NCBI GenBank assembly: GCA_003164215.1
Contig: PLSR01000017.1
Coordinates: forward strand, 28,656-92,655
DNA from: Candidatus Kaiserbacteria bacterium
Lineage (GTDB): Bacteria > Patescibacteriota > Minisyncoccia > Phycocordibacterales > UBA2100
Direction of reading: 5' to 3'
Length of the DNA stretch: 64,000 nt
The notes under the pieces are model-generated. The model did not search any database. It was not told the DNA's origin and saw nothing but the letters and a program-made list of their open reading frames with translations. Shown here piece after piece: positions 49,710 through 59,772 of the stretch (its first letter is position 1; every line of letters starts with the position of its first letter). Position numbers and translations under genes: made by a program.

Positions 49710-50603
49710 ATGGTAAGTCTCTATACTCAGCAGTCCAAGAACGTTCTGCGCACATGGCTTCTCATGGGCGTTTTTCTTACGTTCGTGATCGGTGTCGGTT
49801 TTCTCGCGGCGCAATATTTCGGCAATTCGTCCATCCTTTATGTCGCCGTCGCTTTTGCGCTTGTCGTCAACATCTGGTCGTACTGGTTCTCCGCCTCGAT
49901 CGCAATTCGCAGTGTCGGCGCGGTACCGGCCGACCCCGATGAATATAAAGAATTGCATCGCGTCGTTGAAAATCTTGCGATCACCGCCGGGCTCCCGAAG
50001 CCTGCGGTCTATATCATCAACGACCCCGCGCCGAATGCCTTTGCAACGGGTCGAGACAAGAACCACGCCGTCATCGCCGTGACCACGGGTCTCTTGGGTA
50101 TGATGGATGACAACGAGCTCCAAGGCGTGATCGCGCACGAGCTCTCGCACGTCGGCAATAGAGACATTCTTGTCATGACCGTCGCGGTCGTTCTCGTCGG
50201 ATTCATTTCAATACTCGCGAATCTTTTTCTGCGCATTAGTTTCTTCGGCGGTGGCAATCGCGACAGGAACGCCGGGCCCTTGATCGCGATCGCGACGATC
50301 CTCGCGATGATCTTGGCTCCCATCGCGGCACAGCTCATCCAACTCGCGATCTCACGCAAACGCGAATTCCTCGCCGATGCCTCGGGAGCCCTCCTCACGC
50401 GCTATCCGGAAGGACTCGAATCGGCCTTGCGTAAGCTCGGCAGCTATCAAGCGCCGATGATGAACGCGTCGACCACGACCGCGCACATGTTCATCACCAA
50501 CCCATTCGGTGCGCATCCGGCAGGGCAGTGGGTACAGAAATTATTCTCGACGCATCCGCCGATCGAAGATCGTATAGAAGCCCTGGAAGGCCTGAAGGTG
50601 TGA
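49710..50603 (+). CDS. htpX: Zn metalloprotease HtpX (M48)
   Basis: PNAFATG, AHELSH, SRKREFLAD, STHPP. Confidence 0.95.
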   Translation: MVSLYTQQSKNVLRTWLLMGVFLTFVIGVGFLAAQYFGNSSILYVAVAFALVVNIWSYWFSASIAIRSVGAVPADPDEYKELHRVVENLAITAGLPKPAVYIINDPAPNAFATGRDKNHAVIAVTTGLLGMMDDNELQGVIAHELSHVGNRDILVMTVAVVLVGFISILANLFLRISFFGGGNRDRNAGPLIAIATILAMILAPIAAQLIQLAISRKREFLADASGALLTRYPEGLESALRKLGSYQAPMMNASTTTAHMFITNPFGAHPAGQWVQKLFSTHPPIEDRIEALEGLKV

Positions 50604-50609
50604 TCGTAT

Positions 50610-51113
50610 ATGCCGTTCTTTCGTGGCGGGAAATTCCATCGGACCGACATCTGGCGCGAAGGGAAGTGGCTCGACCTCTGGAGTGTCGTGCACCTGCTCT
50701 CCGGCGTATCGCTCGGTCTTGGTTTTTCTTTTTTCAAATTTGGTGCGCTGAGCTCGGTCGTCATCGTCTTTCTCCTTCTCATTGCGTATGAAATGTGGGA
50801 GGCGATGGTGCAGATCGAAGAGACGCCGCAAAATAGATTCATGGACGTGGTCGTCGGTATGGTGAGCTTCCTGCCGACATTCTTCTTCATCACTCCCGCG
50901 CTCGCAAAAACGGATGTCATCATCTCGTTCGTTCTTATCCTTTTGTGGAATATCACCTTGGCTGCGATCGGCTGGTATGAATCGCGAAAGGCGACCGATC
51001 TCGAGCGCAAACTCCGCGCTGACCTCGAAAAGCGCCGCGCGCGCTTCATCGCCAATAGGGAGCGTCGTCGTCTCAATAAAGAAAAGCGGATGCGTGACAG
51101 CGAAACATCCTAA
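50610..51113 (+). CDS. Membrane protein
   Basis: DLWSVVH...YEMWE...E...N...D pattern with four TMs. Confidence 0.75.
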   Translation: MPFFRGGKFHRTDIWREGKWLDLWSVVHLLSGVSLGLGFSFFKFGALSSVVIVFLLLIAYEMWEAMVQIEETPQNRFMDVVVGMVSFLPTFFFITPALAKTDVIISFVLILLWNITLAAIGWYESRKATDLERKLRADLEKRRARFIANRERRRLNKEKRMRDSETS

Positions 51114-51146
51114 GGGTAAGATTATCGCCAGCAAGGAGGTAGCGCC

Positions 51147-51401
51147 ATGGGCGAGATATACAGCTGGGAAAAGCACTTGCTCCGTGTACTGGATCATCCC
51201 AGCCCGGAGCTTGAACGGAGCGGTTGGGGCGGACGTATGACGGGATTCAATTCGCCTTCGCACTCGGCAACCGTACTCCCGTTCGTCCGCGAGCCGACAG
51301 ACGCAGCGACGAAGACCGCCCCGCCAGCGTCCACCGACACCTCGCGTACACTGGTGTTGACAGCTGCTGACTACGCGGCGCACAATGACTGGAAGATGTA
51401 A
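51147..51401 (+). CDS. Hypothetical protein
   Basis: AAGGAGG SD upstream and a hairpin downstream. Confidence 0.4.
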   Translation: MGEIYSWEKHLLRVLDHPSPELERSGWGGRMTGFNSPSHSATVLPFVREPTDAATKTAPPASTDTSRTLVLTAADYAAHNDWKM

Positions 51402-51454
51402 AGAATTTGGCGGCCCTGTACGGCCGCCAAAACTTTTAGATGAGTAGGTATGCG

Positions 51455-52246
51455 TCAGTGAATAAGGGTAATGCAGCCACCTCCGGGAGAAATGAAAGTA
51501 CAACCTATTTGTCCTTGAGAACTTCCATCCCCGGAATTTGTAGATGGCCCACTATTTGAGTTGCCTCCACCACTTCCATCGCCGGAAGACGTTGCTGCTG
51601 GAGGGGCATTGTCCGACGCGGGTGCGCTCGGATCCGATGAGTCCGGTACGGTTAAGGACAACAGTGTGGAATTTTGCTCGTTACCAGCTCCGACAGATGT
51701 CTCCACAAGCTGTACCTGATACGCTCCCGGTTGCGTGTATGTGTGACTCACGGGGGCAAGTTGATCGCACACGTTCCCGTTCGCTGAGGGAGTCTCACAT
51801 TGTAAAGCAACTTGCGTGCCATCCCCCAAATTCAACACGTAACCCTGTTGCTGCTGTGCAAATGCACCGGAGAATGTGAACTGCCAAGAACCCGAAGCGT
51901 CTGGTGTAGCCGTTATCTGACCATTTTGGTTTCGCACCGTGACAGATTGGGACGACGGAGAAGGTAGGTACTGAGTGGAAGCCGAAGTTCTGTTCGATGG
52001 CTCATCAACTCCAGCGGCAGGTTGTATCGGCACGATCTCGTCCGGCACTATCGTCGGCATGAGGTCGACTTCGGCTGGTTGTTGCGGAGTATCTGTGGTT
52101 TGCGGGGCCTGCTCATCCGTCGTAGTCGTAGAAGGAGTCGTCGGCTGTGGTGAACTTCGCGTCGAAAACCAAAAAACCGCACCGGCAATTAGTATGATCA
52201 AAAGTACGATCACCCAAACAACCGCCGCTCCTCTTTGATAGTTCAT
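51455..52246 (-). CDS. Membrane-anchored protein with a PKD-like domain
   Basis: N-terminal TM; LGDG...HTYTQPGAY. Confidence 0.7.
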   Translation of the reverse strand: MNYQRGAAVVWVIVLLIILIAGAVFWFSTRSSPQPTTPSTTTTDEQAPQTTDTPQQPAEVDLMPTIVPDEIVPIQPAAGVDEPSNRTSASTQYLPSPSSQSVTVRNQNGQITATPDASGSWQFTFSGAFAQQQQGYVLNLGDGTQVALQCETPSANGNVCDQLAPVSHTYTQPGAYQVQLVETSVGAGNEQNSTLLSLTVPDSSDPSAPASDNAPPAATSSGDGSGGGNSNSGPSTNSGDGSSQGQIGCTFISPGGGCITLIH

Positions 52247-52472
52247 AGAGATGATCGAACTCTATTATATTCGGACAGTAAGTAAACTCGGTTATCAACT
52301 ACGAGCATCGGCCGCAAAACACCGTGCTCAGTTATAAAGTAAAAAGATGTATTCGACATTACAATATGAAATTATCGGAAATATCGGACGCGTCCCCATT
52401 TTCCCATTTTCTCTGGTTGGAATTCCAAAAGAGTGATAGTGTTCATCCGGTTTCTGAACCTTGGAGGATCCA

Positions 52473-53204
52473 ATGAAGCCGAAGACAGGCATCATCTACG
52501 CGTGCGATACGAGCGATCGAGAGCTCGGCGTCCATCTGATTGGCCAAGTCGCCCCTTACATCGACGTGGTCAAGGTAGGACTGGAGGCCATGACCCTTGA
52601 AGACGAGAACGGCGTCACGCTCGCTTCCAGTTTCCGCGCTCGCGCAAAACGGGCGAGCCTCGGATGCTTCTGGGACATCAAGATGCTCGACGTCAAAAAT
52701 ACGATGGCTGCGAGCGCGAAGAATATCGCGGCGTCTGGTGTTGACATGTTCACACTGCATGCGAACGCAAGCGACAGCGCGTTGTCGGCGGTCGCACTGG
52801 CTGCCGAAGAGAGCAATGTGCTTGCGCTCGCCGTGACCGTGTTGACCGACCTCGACGACGACATGTGCCGATCTCGCTTCGGTACGACAGCGAGAAAGGC
52901 CGTGCTCCAATTCGCTCGAATCGCATACGGCTGCGGCATTCGTGGATTCGTTTGTTCGGCACAAGAAGCCGCACTGCTTCGTTCAGATCTGCCTGACAGC
53001 GATAAGATCATTCTGGTCACCCCGGCGATCCGACCGTCTTGGTCGGTTGGCACCGACGAACAGAAGCGGGTCACAACGCCAACCGATGCCGCTCGCGCAA
53101 GCGCCGACTACATCGTCGTCGGCAGACCCATCAGCAACCCTCCGCTGTCTATGGGGCATGCGCAAGCCGCGCGAATGATCAGGGAAGAACTCGACGCGGC
53201 CTGA
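52473..53204 (+). CDS. pyrF: Orotidine-5'-phosphate decarboxylase
   Basis: DIKMLDVKNT, VTVLT, VTPAIRP, YIVVGRPI. Confidence 0.92.
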   Translation: MKPKTGIIYACDTSDRELGVHLIGQVAPYIDVVKVGLEAMTLEDENGVTLASSFRARAKRASLGCFWDIKMLDVKNTMAASAKNIAASGVDMFTLHANASDSALSAVALAAEESNVLALAVTVLTDLDDDMCRSRFGTTARKAVLQFARIAYGCGIRGFVCSAQEAALLRSDLPDSDKIILVTPAIRPSWSVGTDEQKRVTTPTDAARASADYIVVGRPISNPPLSMGHAQAARMIREELDAA

Positions 53205-53217
53205 ACGCGTTGATCAC

Positions 53218-53256
53218 GAGTCGCCCGACCTTCGGTCGGGCGACTCATACTTTTAT
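53218..53256 (+). terminator. Terminator after pyrF
   Basis: GAGTCGCCCGACC/GGTCGGGCGACTC followed by an AT-rich tract. Confidence 0.65.
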
Positions 53257-53296
53257 ACGGCAAGAACATAGCGTATACTGCGCCCGTTAGGAATAA

Positions 53297-53321
53297 GGAG
53301 GGTTCGCATAGTGATTTAGTG
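53297..53321 (+). pseudogene. tRNA 5'-end remnant (Ser-type)
   Basis: GGAGGGT-TC-GCATAGTGATTTAGTG resembles an acceptor 5' strand plus D-arm; TATACT at 53274-53279 upstream. Confidence 0.5.
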
Positions 53322-53343
53322 AAATAATAGTATAATGTTCGTA

Positions 53344-54330
53344 ATGTACCGAGCACATTTCATACGTGGAGGTCAAACGATGTTCTTTGAGAATATACTC
53401 AAAACATCAGGGTTCTCGATGGAGACACTCGCACAGTTATGTAACGTAAGCGTGCGTACCATACGGGACTGGAAGCGAGAAAAGTATCGAGCGGAATATG
53501 ATGCAGTTATTTTTTTAAGTAAAAAATTTCATACTAAAACAGGTACGATCAAAAAAGTTGATATACGTGAGCATCTTCTCTCGGTAGCTTCCTCGGGTGG
53601 GATGGCTCGCTATGAACGATATGGCCCCGTGAGTAGCCAGGAAGATAGAAAAAGAGGCGGCAGAATATCTCAGTCACTGCGTCGTTCTAGCCCGCAGAAG
53701 TATCGTCTACTCGGTTGTAACGTTCGAAAAGATTTCAAAAACCCGAAGTATTCGGAGAAATTTGCCGAAGTTATCGGAATCTTATTGGGTGACGGGGCAC
53801 TCAATGATTATCAGGTGCGCGTCACACTTAGTAAAACGGTGGACAGAGAGTATGCGCACTTTGTCCGCGTACTTATGCGAGATGTATTTGGTGAGAATCC
53901 GTCATGGCGGGAGCGTCATAATGTTATCGAGATCACGCTATCAGGTGCCGCGCTCGTTGAAGTGCTAGAGAATCGGGGATTGAGACGCGGCAACAAAGTG
54001 CGTCATCAAGTGGATATACCAAAGTGGATCTTTACAAATAAGAAGTACCAGCGGGCGTGTCTACGAGGGTTGTTTGATACTGACGGCGGCATCTATCGAC
54101 ATAAGAAAGAAAAACGCACCTACGTCGGGTGGTCTTTCTCGAACCATTCCCGCCCTATCATTAAGGGAGTGATGGATATATTATACGCACACGGCATTGC
54201 AAATTCTCTGCAAAATGAGACAAAAGTGTACATATACTCGTTTGCCGATATAATGAGGTATATGGAGGTTGTGGGTTCACATAATCCGAAAAACATGCAG
54301 AGAATAGTCGGTGCTAGATCAAAGTTTTGA
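53344..54330 (+). CDS. Free-standing LAGLIDADG endonuclease with an N-terminal HTH
   Basis: EVIGILLGDG and CLRGLFDTDG motifs; LAQLCNVSVRTIRDW HTH; AT-richer than the flanks. Confidence 0.85.
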   Translation: MYRAHFIRGGQTMFFENILKTSGFSMETLAQLCNVSVRTIRDWKREKYRAEYDAVIFLSKKFHTKTGTIKKVDIREHLLSVASSGGMARYERYGPVSSQEDRKRGGRISQSLRRSSPQKYRLLGCNVRKDFKNPKYSEKFAEVIGILLGDGALNDYQVRVTLSKTVDREYAHFVRVLMRDVFGENPSWRERHNVIEITLSGAALVEVLENRGLRRGNKVRHQVDIPKWIFTNKKYQRACLRGLFDTDGGIYRHKKEKRTYVGWSFSNHSRPIIKGVMDILYAHGIANSLQNETKVYIYSFADIMRYMEVVGSHNPKNMQRIVGARSKF

Positions 54331-54337
54331 ATGCAGA

Positions 54338-54422
54338 GGAGAGATGCCTGAGTGGTCTAAAGGACACGCTTGGAAAGCGTGCGTGGGGCAACCCACCGAG
54401 GGTTCGAATCCCTCTCTCTCCG
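54338..54422 (+). tRNA. tRNA-Ser(GGA)
   Basis: GGAGAGA/TCTCTCC acceptor, CACGC-TTGGAAA-GCGTG anticodon arm, long variable arm, GGTTCGAATCC; CCA not encoded. Confidence 0.97.
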
Positions 54423-54501
54423 CCCGTAGTAGTTTTTATCGGTGCTATGCTGAGCCCCTCGGCTGTTGTGTACACCATGAAGTAGTCATAGAATCCAGTT
54501 G

Positions 54502-55536
54502 ATGGCATCTAGAAAGAAATCCAAGAGGAAATATCTAATATATCTCGATAAGGGTATTCAGGCGCTTCTCTCTGCCATAGACAGGATCAATAGTGTCCAC
54601 GACCCCTACCGGGTCGAGCAATCCTTGATCCTAGCCACTAATGCGTGGGAGCTGTTGGCCAAAAGTATTCTTTTAAGGGACAAGGTGAATATCCAGTATG
54701 CTGATGGTCGCACAATATCTGCCGAAGATGCTCTGACAAAATTGGTCTCCAGCGGATACCTTACCGAGAATCAATCGCAACATATTCAACAGATCATTTC
54801 TTTGCGAAATGCTGCTGTCCACTCGGTGTTGCCACATACGCCCGATGAAATTCTCTTTCATCTTCAATTTTATTCGGTGAAATTCTTTAAAGATCTGGTC
54901 TCCAAAGAATTCCCACCCTACGCGAAAAAGTGTAATGGTAATTTTATTTCGATAAGTTTCGACACGTTTACCACATATGCCGATAAGGTACAAAAGTTAG
55001 TAGCACGAGCAAGAAAACGAGGAACTCCCGAACAAGAACTCATGTGGTTGCTAGAGCGAGGTATTAGATTCAAGGGAGGACAATACATGTCGCAGACAAA
55101 ATTTGAAGACGAACTAAAAAAACTTGGACCAAGACGACGTCTCTATCATCATCTGAAGGTTTCTGATTTTATCAAAGATGCTCACATGGTAGTGGTTGTG
55201 CCAGTCCAAGCTCCGAAGGGCTACACCGCAGATATAAACCTTAGAAAAGGTCAAAATAAGGCTGGATCAGCACTGCCCGTTATGATTAAGAAAACGGATA
55301 TCGAAGAAGACTATCCTTATCTAACATCAGAACTCGGAAGACAAATTGGGAAGGGTACGAACTTTGTGGCTCATTCATTGCAAAAAATGAACGCGAAAGG
55401 AAATCCAACCTATCATCAGGCGGTCAGGTCCTCCAAGTCTGGAATGATTAATAGGTATTCACAAAAGGCATTGGATCTACTGAAGGATGCACTGAGCAAG
55501 GATCCAACTTATACACCCTTTCGGAAGAAGATTTGA
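54502..55536 (+). CDS. DUF3644-like protein with a HEPN-type RxxxxH motif
   Basis: ALLSAI..IN...NAWELLAK and LRNAAVH. Confidence 0.7.
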   Translation: MASRKKSKRKYLIYLDKGIQALLSAIDRINSVHDPYRVEQSLILATNAWELLAKSILLRDKVNIQYADGRTISAEDALTKLVSSGYLTENQSQHIQQIISLRNAAVHSVLPHTPDEILFHLQFYSVKFFKDLVSKEFPPYAKKCNGNFISISFDTFTTYADKVQKLVARARKRGTPEQELMWLLERGIRFKGGQYMSQTKFEDELKKLGPRRRLYHHLKVSDFIKDAHMVVVVPVQAPKGYTADINLRKGQNKAGSALPVMIKKTDIEEDYPYLTSELGRQIGKGTNFVAHSLQKMNAKGNPTYHQAVRSSKSGMINRYSQKALDLLKDALSKDPTYTPFRKKI

Positions 55537-55623
55537 GAGCGGATCGTCGGTGGTGACTCCATTGGTGACATATCGCACCGGTAGGTGGTGGCGAACCTTT
55601 TTACCAAGGAGTACCATCGAAGC

Positions 55624-56658
55624 ATGCCTCCCTGCATATACTGCAAAACAGAAAACTTTGAAAAATTCAAAGGGGTCGAGCACGTCATCCCACAAGCTTT
55701 TGGTAAGTTCGGAGCCAAGACACCGACGCTTAAATGCGTATGCGACGACTGCAACACCTTCTTTATGAAGGAACTTGATCAAGTTCTGGCACGAGAGACC
55801 CTAGAAGGGGTCACCCGCTATAAGAAAGGAATCTACTCGCGCGAGGCACGTCCGCAAACAAAATTGAAGTTCTCCCTTGCAGAATCTCCGGAAATCGGAG
55901 ACTTTCACGGTGCCATGATAGCTGTTGACGGTACAACTGGGAAATTGATGTCGCCTCCGGCTCAATACAAGATTTTGAACAAGTTGACCGGCAAATACGA
56001 AATCTATCTGGAACACCAGCTCAAGGATTTAAAAGTCACCGATGAAGTGTACGGCAAGCCAGGCGAGCGCGAGATCGGTATCATCGCGCCCTCCAGTGAG
56101 GCGCTCGATACGTTCATAAAAAAACTGAACGAGACTGGAATACCCTACAAGGAAAAGGAACGTTATCAGCCGCCATTCGTGAAGGCAATGGAGAGAATGC
56201 CTGACGATGGCGTTTCAACTCTAGAGGTTACAGTCGACGGCAAGATCGACGATCCGGTAAAGCGCGCGGTTGTAAAAATCCTTTTTAACTTCGCTACCTA
56301 CAACCTCGGTCCCGCTGAAACGTTGAAAAATGAATGGGATGCGGCGCGGAGTTTTATTCGGTTTACCGGAAAGACACTTATGGGGCGCGTCTCACAGAAG
56401 CCGTTTTGGGACGGGCAAGAGACCGAAACGATGCGCTTCTTGGACGACAGTTACAACTTGCGTATTGAGAATCAAAATGGGAATGTCGTCGGTGTTCTCC
56501 AGTTCTACAACCTGTTCACATATGAGTTTATCTTGGTCGAGGGGTATCAGATTCCACCGGAGCATGAAATAGCATATCGCTTCACTCCTGGAAAAGAGCC
56601 GATCATTGGGCGGAAAATGACTAAGTTGGAATATCTAAAGATGCAGCTGCCGGAATAA
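55624..56658 (+). CDS. HNH endonuclease domain protein
   Basis: CIYC...EHVIPQAFG...VCDDCN. Confidence 0.8.
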   Translation: MPPCIYCKTENFEKFKGVEHVIPQAFGKFGAKTPTLKCVCDDCNTFFMKELDQVLARETLEGVTRYKKGIYSREARPQTKLKFSLAESPEIGDFHGAMIAVDGTTGKLMSPPAQYKILNKLTGKYEIYLEHQLKDLKVTDEVYGKPGEREIGIIAPSSEALDTFIKKLNETGIPYKEKERYQPPFVKAMERMPDDGVSTLEVTVDGKIDDPVKRAVVKILFNFATYNLGPAETLKNEWDAARSFIRFTGKTLMGRVSQKPFWDGQETETMRFLDDSYNLRIENQNGNVVGVLQFYNLFTYEFILVEGYQIPPEHEIAYRFTPGKEPIIGRKMTKLEYLKMQLPE

Positions 56659-57990
56659 TTACTCGATCGTCACAGCGCCATTGTTGACTTTGAAGTTCGA
56701 CTTAAAGCACCCCATCAGCTCGCGCTTCTCCTCGTTGGTGCCCTCCTTGAGGATGTACTTTGCATACGTCCTGATATTGATCTCCTCATGCTTTGCATCG
56801 GGATCTGAGAGACCAAGTACGGTGCGCTGGAATTTATTGTGCCGTTTCAATTCGTCCTCGAATTTCATCTGCACGTTGATCTGGTTGATATCGATCTGAT
56901 CGATAATCTTGAGCAGTTGCTCTACGAGTTCCTCCTCACGCAGATACGTATTGCCTTTGCACTGTTTGTCACGCGTACGTCCGCATCCGTAGTAGACGTA
57001 ACGAGCGGTCGTGCCATCCTTGCGCTGCTTGTACTTTTCCTCAGCGCTGATGCACGATCCGCACTTGCCGCACGTCATGAGTTTCGTGAAGGCAAACTCG
57101 TGCGATTCCCGCTGTATGTTGTCTCGCTTGAGCTGTGCCTGCACCTTTTCGAATAATTCCTTGGGCACCAATGGTTCGTGCTTGCCCTGATACCAGTTGC
57201 CGCTATTTCGCGGATACTCAAATATGCCGTGGTAGAAGGGATTGGAGAGAATGCGGTACATATTGCCGAGCGAGAGCGGTTTCTTACCTTGTGTCTGAAA
57301 GATTAGTTCGAATCGGAGCCAGTGATACAATCGCGGCCCTGACCATTTTTCATACCCGACTTTCTCGAACATCTTCCGTATCACCGGCCCGCGATCCGGA
57401 TCGATGATGACCTCGCACTTCCGGTCCATTCGCCGTTCGTTGAGATATCCGGTCAACGTGCTTCCGGGCCGCAGTCCCATCTCGCAGCGCGTTCTAAGTC
57501 CTCGCTTTACGTTTACGCCGCGATTGTCGTTCTCGAGTTTTGCCTGACTCCCCAGAATCATCAGGAGGAACTTCTCGTTCGGGTTATTACGGAACGACTG
57601 GCTATACGTACGGATCTCCATGAGTACTCCCGCGTCCATGAGATCGATGACTTTCCCGAGGTCGCCAGCGTTGCGTGAGATGCGATCCGGTGCCCATGTC
57701 AGTATCGCGTTGAACTTTCCCGTTTTCATTTCATCGACGATCTCGTTGAAGACGGGACGCTGCCCTGCTTCTTTGGCTGAGTGGCTCTCGCGCTTCATCG
57801 CGACGATCTCGAGCCCTTCGCGCTCCGCGAGTTGGAGCATCTCCTTGATCTGGGAATCGATGGAGAGCACCTGCCGCTCCTCGCTCTCGGTGCTCTTGCG
57901 AGCGTAGAGGCAAAACTTGAGCGGCACGATCTTCAATTCCGGTCTCCCGATCTGCCCTCCGGGGAATGGTCTCTCGATGACGTTGTCCAT
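56659..57990 (-). CDS. Large serine recombinase
   Basis: YARKST, SAK...RPVF, DRISRN, recombinase domain, Zn ribbon CGKCG...YYGC. Confidence 0.93.
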   Translation of the reverse strand: MDNVIERPFPGGQIGRPELKIVPLKFCLYARKSTESEERQVLSIDSQIKEMLQLAEREGLEIVAMKRESHSAKEAGQRPVFNEIVDEMKTGKFNAILTWAPDRISRNAGDLGKVIDLMDAGVLMEIRTYSQSFRNNPNEKFLLMILGSQAKLENDNRGVNVKRGLRTRCEMGLRPGSTLTGYLNERRMDRKCEVIIDPDRGPVIRKMFEKVGYEKWSGPRLYHWLRFELIFQTQGKKPLSLGNMYRILSNPFYHGIFEYPRNSGNWYQGKHEPLVPKELFEKVQAQLKRDNIQRESHEFAFTKLMTCGKCGSCISAEEKYKQRKDGTTARYVYYGCGRTRDKQCKGNTYLREEELVEQLLKIIDQIDINQINVQMKFEDELKRHNKFQRTVLGLSDPDAKHEEINIRTYAKYILKEGTNEEKRELMGCFKSNFKVNNGAVTIE

Positions 57991-58073
57991 ATGCTTGTGG
58001 TATTTAGCTGCTACATCACAAGCAATGCCGCAACCCTCGCCACAAGTCTATTGAATACAAGGAGGTAACTATT

Positions 58074-59546
58074 TCACCATTCAGCCTCGAAAAGGCGAGC
58101 AAATTCGGTCTGGTAGTGCGTCTCGGTTTCTCCGGTACTCGACTCTATATCACTGAGTGAAATCTCTACCGTATCCGTCATGTCGAGTATGAACGTATGA
58201 TTCTCACGTAGCGCGTCTATGTTGTTCTCCACCGCGATCCGGACCTGACTATTGAGCAGTCTGACGCTGTTTTCGAGATCATCGATATATGTATTGATGC
58301 GTCGCCCCACGTCTACTTCATAGATACGCGATAGCCGCGTGAACATGTCTCGGAATGCGAGGAGCGCCGCGTATTCTCGCAAGAAGCTCTGTCGGTGCAG
58401 GAAGACGAGAAACGCTCCGGTCGGACGCAGTGCATCGATCTGCGCCTTGAACTCGTTCACGAACGGAAGATCGCTCGGGCAGTAATAGATGCTCTCGCCG
58501 GTGAGTGTCCGTACAATCTCCGACATTCCCCATATTGAATGAGGTCTGTCTTCAAGCGTAAGGTGGCCTGCTGTGATGAGTTTTTGCATCGCTTCAGTCG
58601 CGTCATTCTTTGCTCGCATCCATGCACTGAAAACTTCCTTGTGAGGATGTTTCGTTGTTGCATCGTTGCAAGTGTTCTTATGCGAACTCATACAGAGGGG
58701 TTCGTATTCATCTACAAAAAGCCCCTCATCAAGCCATCGCAGCACCGTGCGGCGAAGTACTGCCCGTATATCTTCGTGGCGGGTCTTGGTGGATGTGTGG
58801 AATTCTTGTATCAGCGCGTCATCATCGACAGCAGAAATCCCTGCGTACTGCGCCCATTTTTCCAGTATCGCCATGTGCGGCATGCTTGCGAAGTACCCTT
58901 GAAAGTACCATTGGTGACTTTCGAGACCCGCTTTTTCAAACGCGTCAGCATACCTGTTGTGCAGATCGTCGACGATTGCCGTCACAAGTTTCTGCTTCGC
59001 TTCGGTACTCAGTGATGCAGAATTGTCGAATGCGTTCGCGAGCAATTCCTCTTGCGTCAGGTATTCAGTCTCGGTTTCCGCATCGGGATACAGTGCAAGG
59101 ATATCTTGTCGTTCTGATTCGCTGAGATTTTGGAACGCCATCGTATAGACCGTACGGTCATATGGAAGACCGCTCTGTTGCAGCAGGTACTCAAGCGCCT
59201 CATTCTCGTCAATATGGAGTATCTTTTCTTTCGAGCCAGTGCGGATATGGGCGAGGTATCCCATGATTGCGAGTGACCGATACAGCGAAATCTCAGCATT
59301 GAGATACGTCGTCTGCGCGTCGAGTCGCGCGTGTAGCGCCGTATTCCAGCCACTGTTGTACTTGTTGTATTCCTGCGCTTCGTAATTATTGGCAGGTCTC
59401 CATCCTTCGCTGATCGCGTGCTTGTCTGCGGGCGTGAGGATGTCAGCGCCGCCAGTATCTTTCGCGCAATCGTTTTGCACTAAGAGCAGAATGCGCTGCT
59501 TCGGGCGCAAGGCGTTGGTACTCAGTAATTTGGTGAGGTCTTTCAT
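58074..59546 (-). CDS. Hypothetical protein
   Basis: 490-aa ORF within the island operon. Confidence 0.75.
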   Translation of the reverse strand: MKDLTKLLSTNALRPKQRILLLVQNDCAKDTGGADILTPADKHAISEGWRPANNYEAQEYNKYNSGWNTALHARLDAQTTYLNAEISLYRSLAIMGYLAHIRTGSKEKILHIDENEALEYLLQQSGLPYDRTVYTMAFQNLSESERQDILALYPDAETETEYLTQEELLANAFDNSASLSTEAKQKLVTAIVDDLHNRYADAFEKAGLESHQWYFQGYFASMPHMAILEKWAQYAGISAVDDDALIQEFHTSTKTRHEDIRAVLRRTVLRWLDEGLFVDEYEPLCMSSHKNTCNDATTKHPHKEVFSAWMRAKNDATEAMQKLITAGHLTLEDRPHSIWGMSEIVRTLTGESIYYCPSDLPFVNEFKAQIDALRPTGAFLVFLHRQSFLREYAALLAFRDMFTRLSRIYEVDVGRRINTYIDDLENSVRLLNSQVRIAVENNIDALRENHTFILDMTDTVEISLSDIESSTGETETHYQTEFARLFEAEW

Positions 59547-59550
59547 AATG

Positions 59551-59760
59551 TTATCGTTTCTTGAGCGTCTGCTCGAGAAGCTCGATGCGTGCCTTGAGTT
59601 CAGCCGTCTCAATGCTTTTTACCAATGCGGTCGCCACGCGGGAAAGAGCAAGCGCTTGCCGCAGGGTAATCTTTCGATTCTTGAGGTCGTGCATGGCCTG
59701 TGAAAGCAGTATTGTCACTTCCGCGGGAGTCAGTGATTTTGTGAGTAATTCGTGTTCCAT
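59551..59760 (-). CDS. Small helical protein
   Basis: ELKARIELLE coiled-coil end; tight operon spacing. Confidence 0.65.
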   Translation of the reverse strand: MEHELLTKSLTPAEVTILLSQAMHDLKNRKITLRQALALSRVATALVKSIETAELKARIELLEQTLKKR

Positions 59761-59772
59761 ATTGATGTGCGG

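Noticed and set aside
50541-51503. 320-aa minus-strand ORF
   Set aside because: It overlaps better-supported plus-strand genes and has no recognisable motifs.
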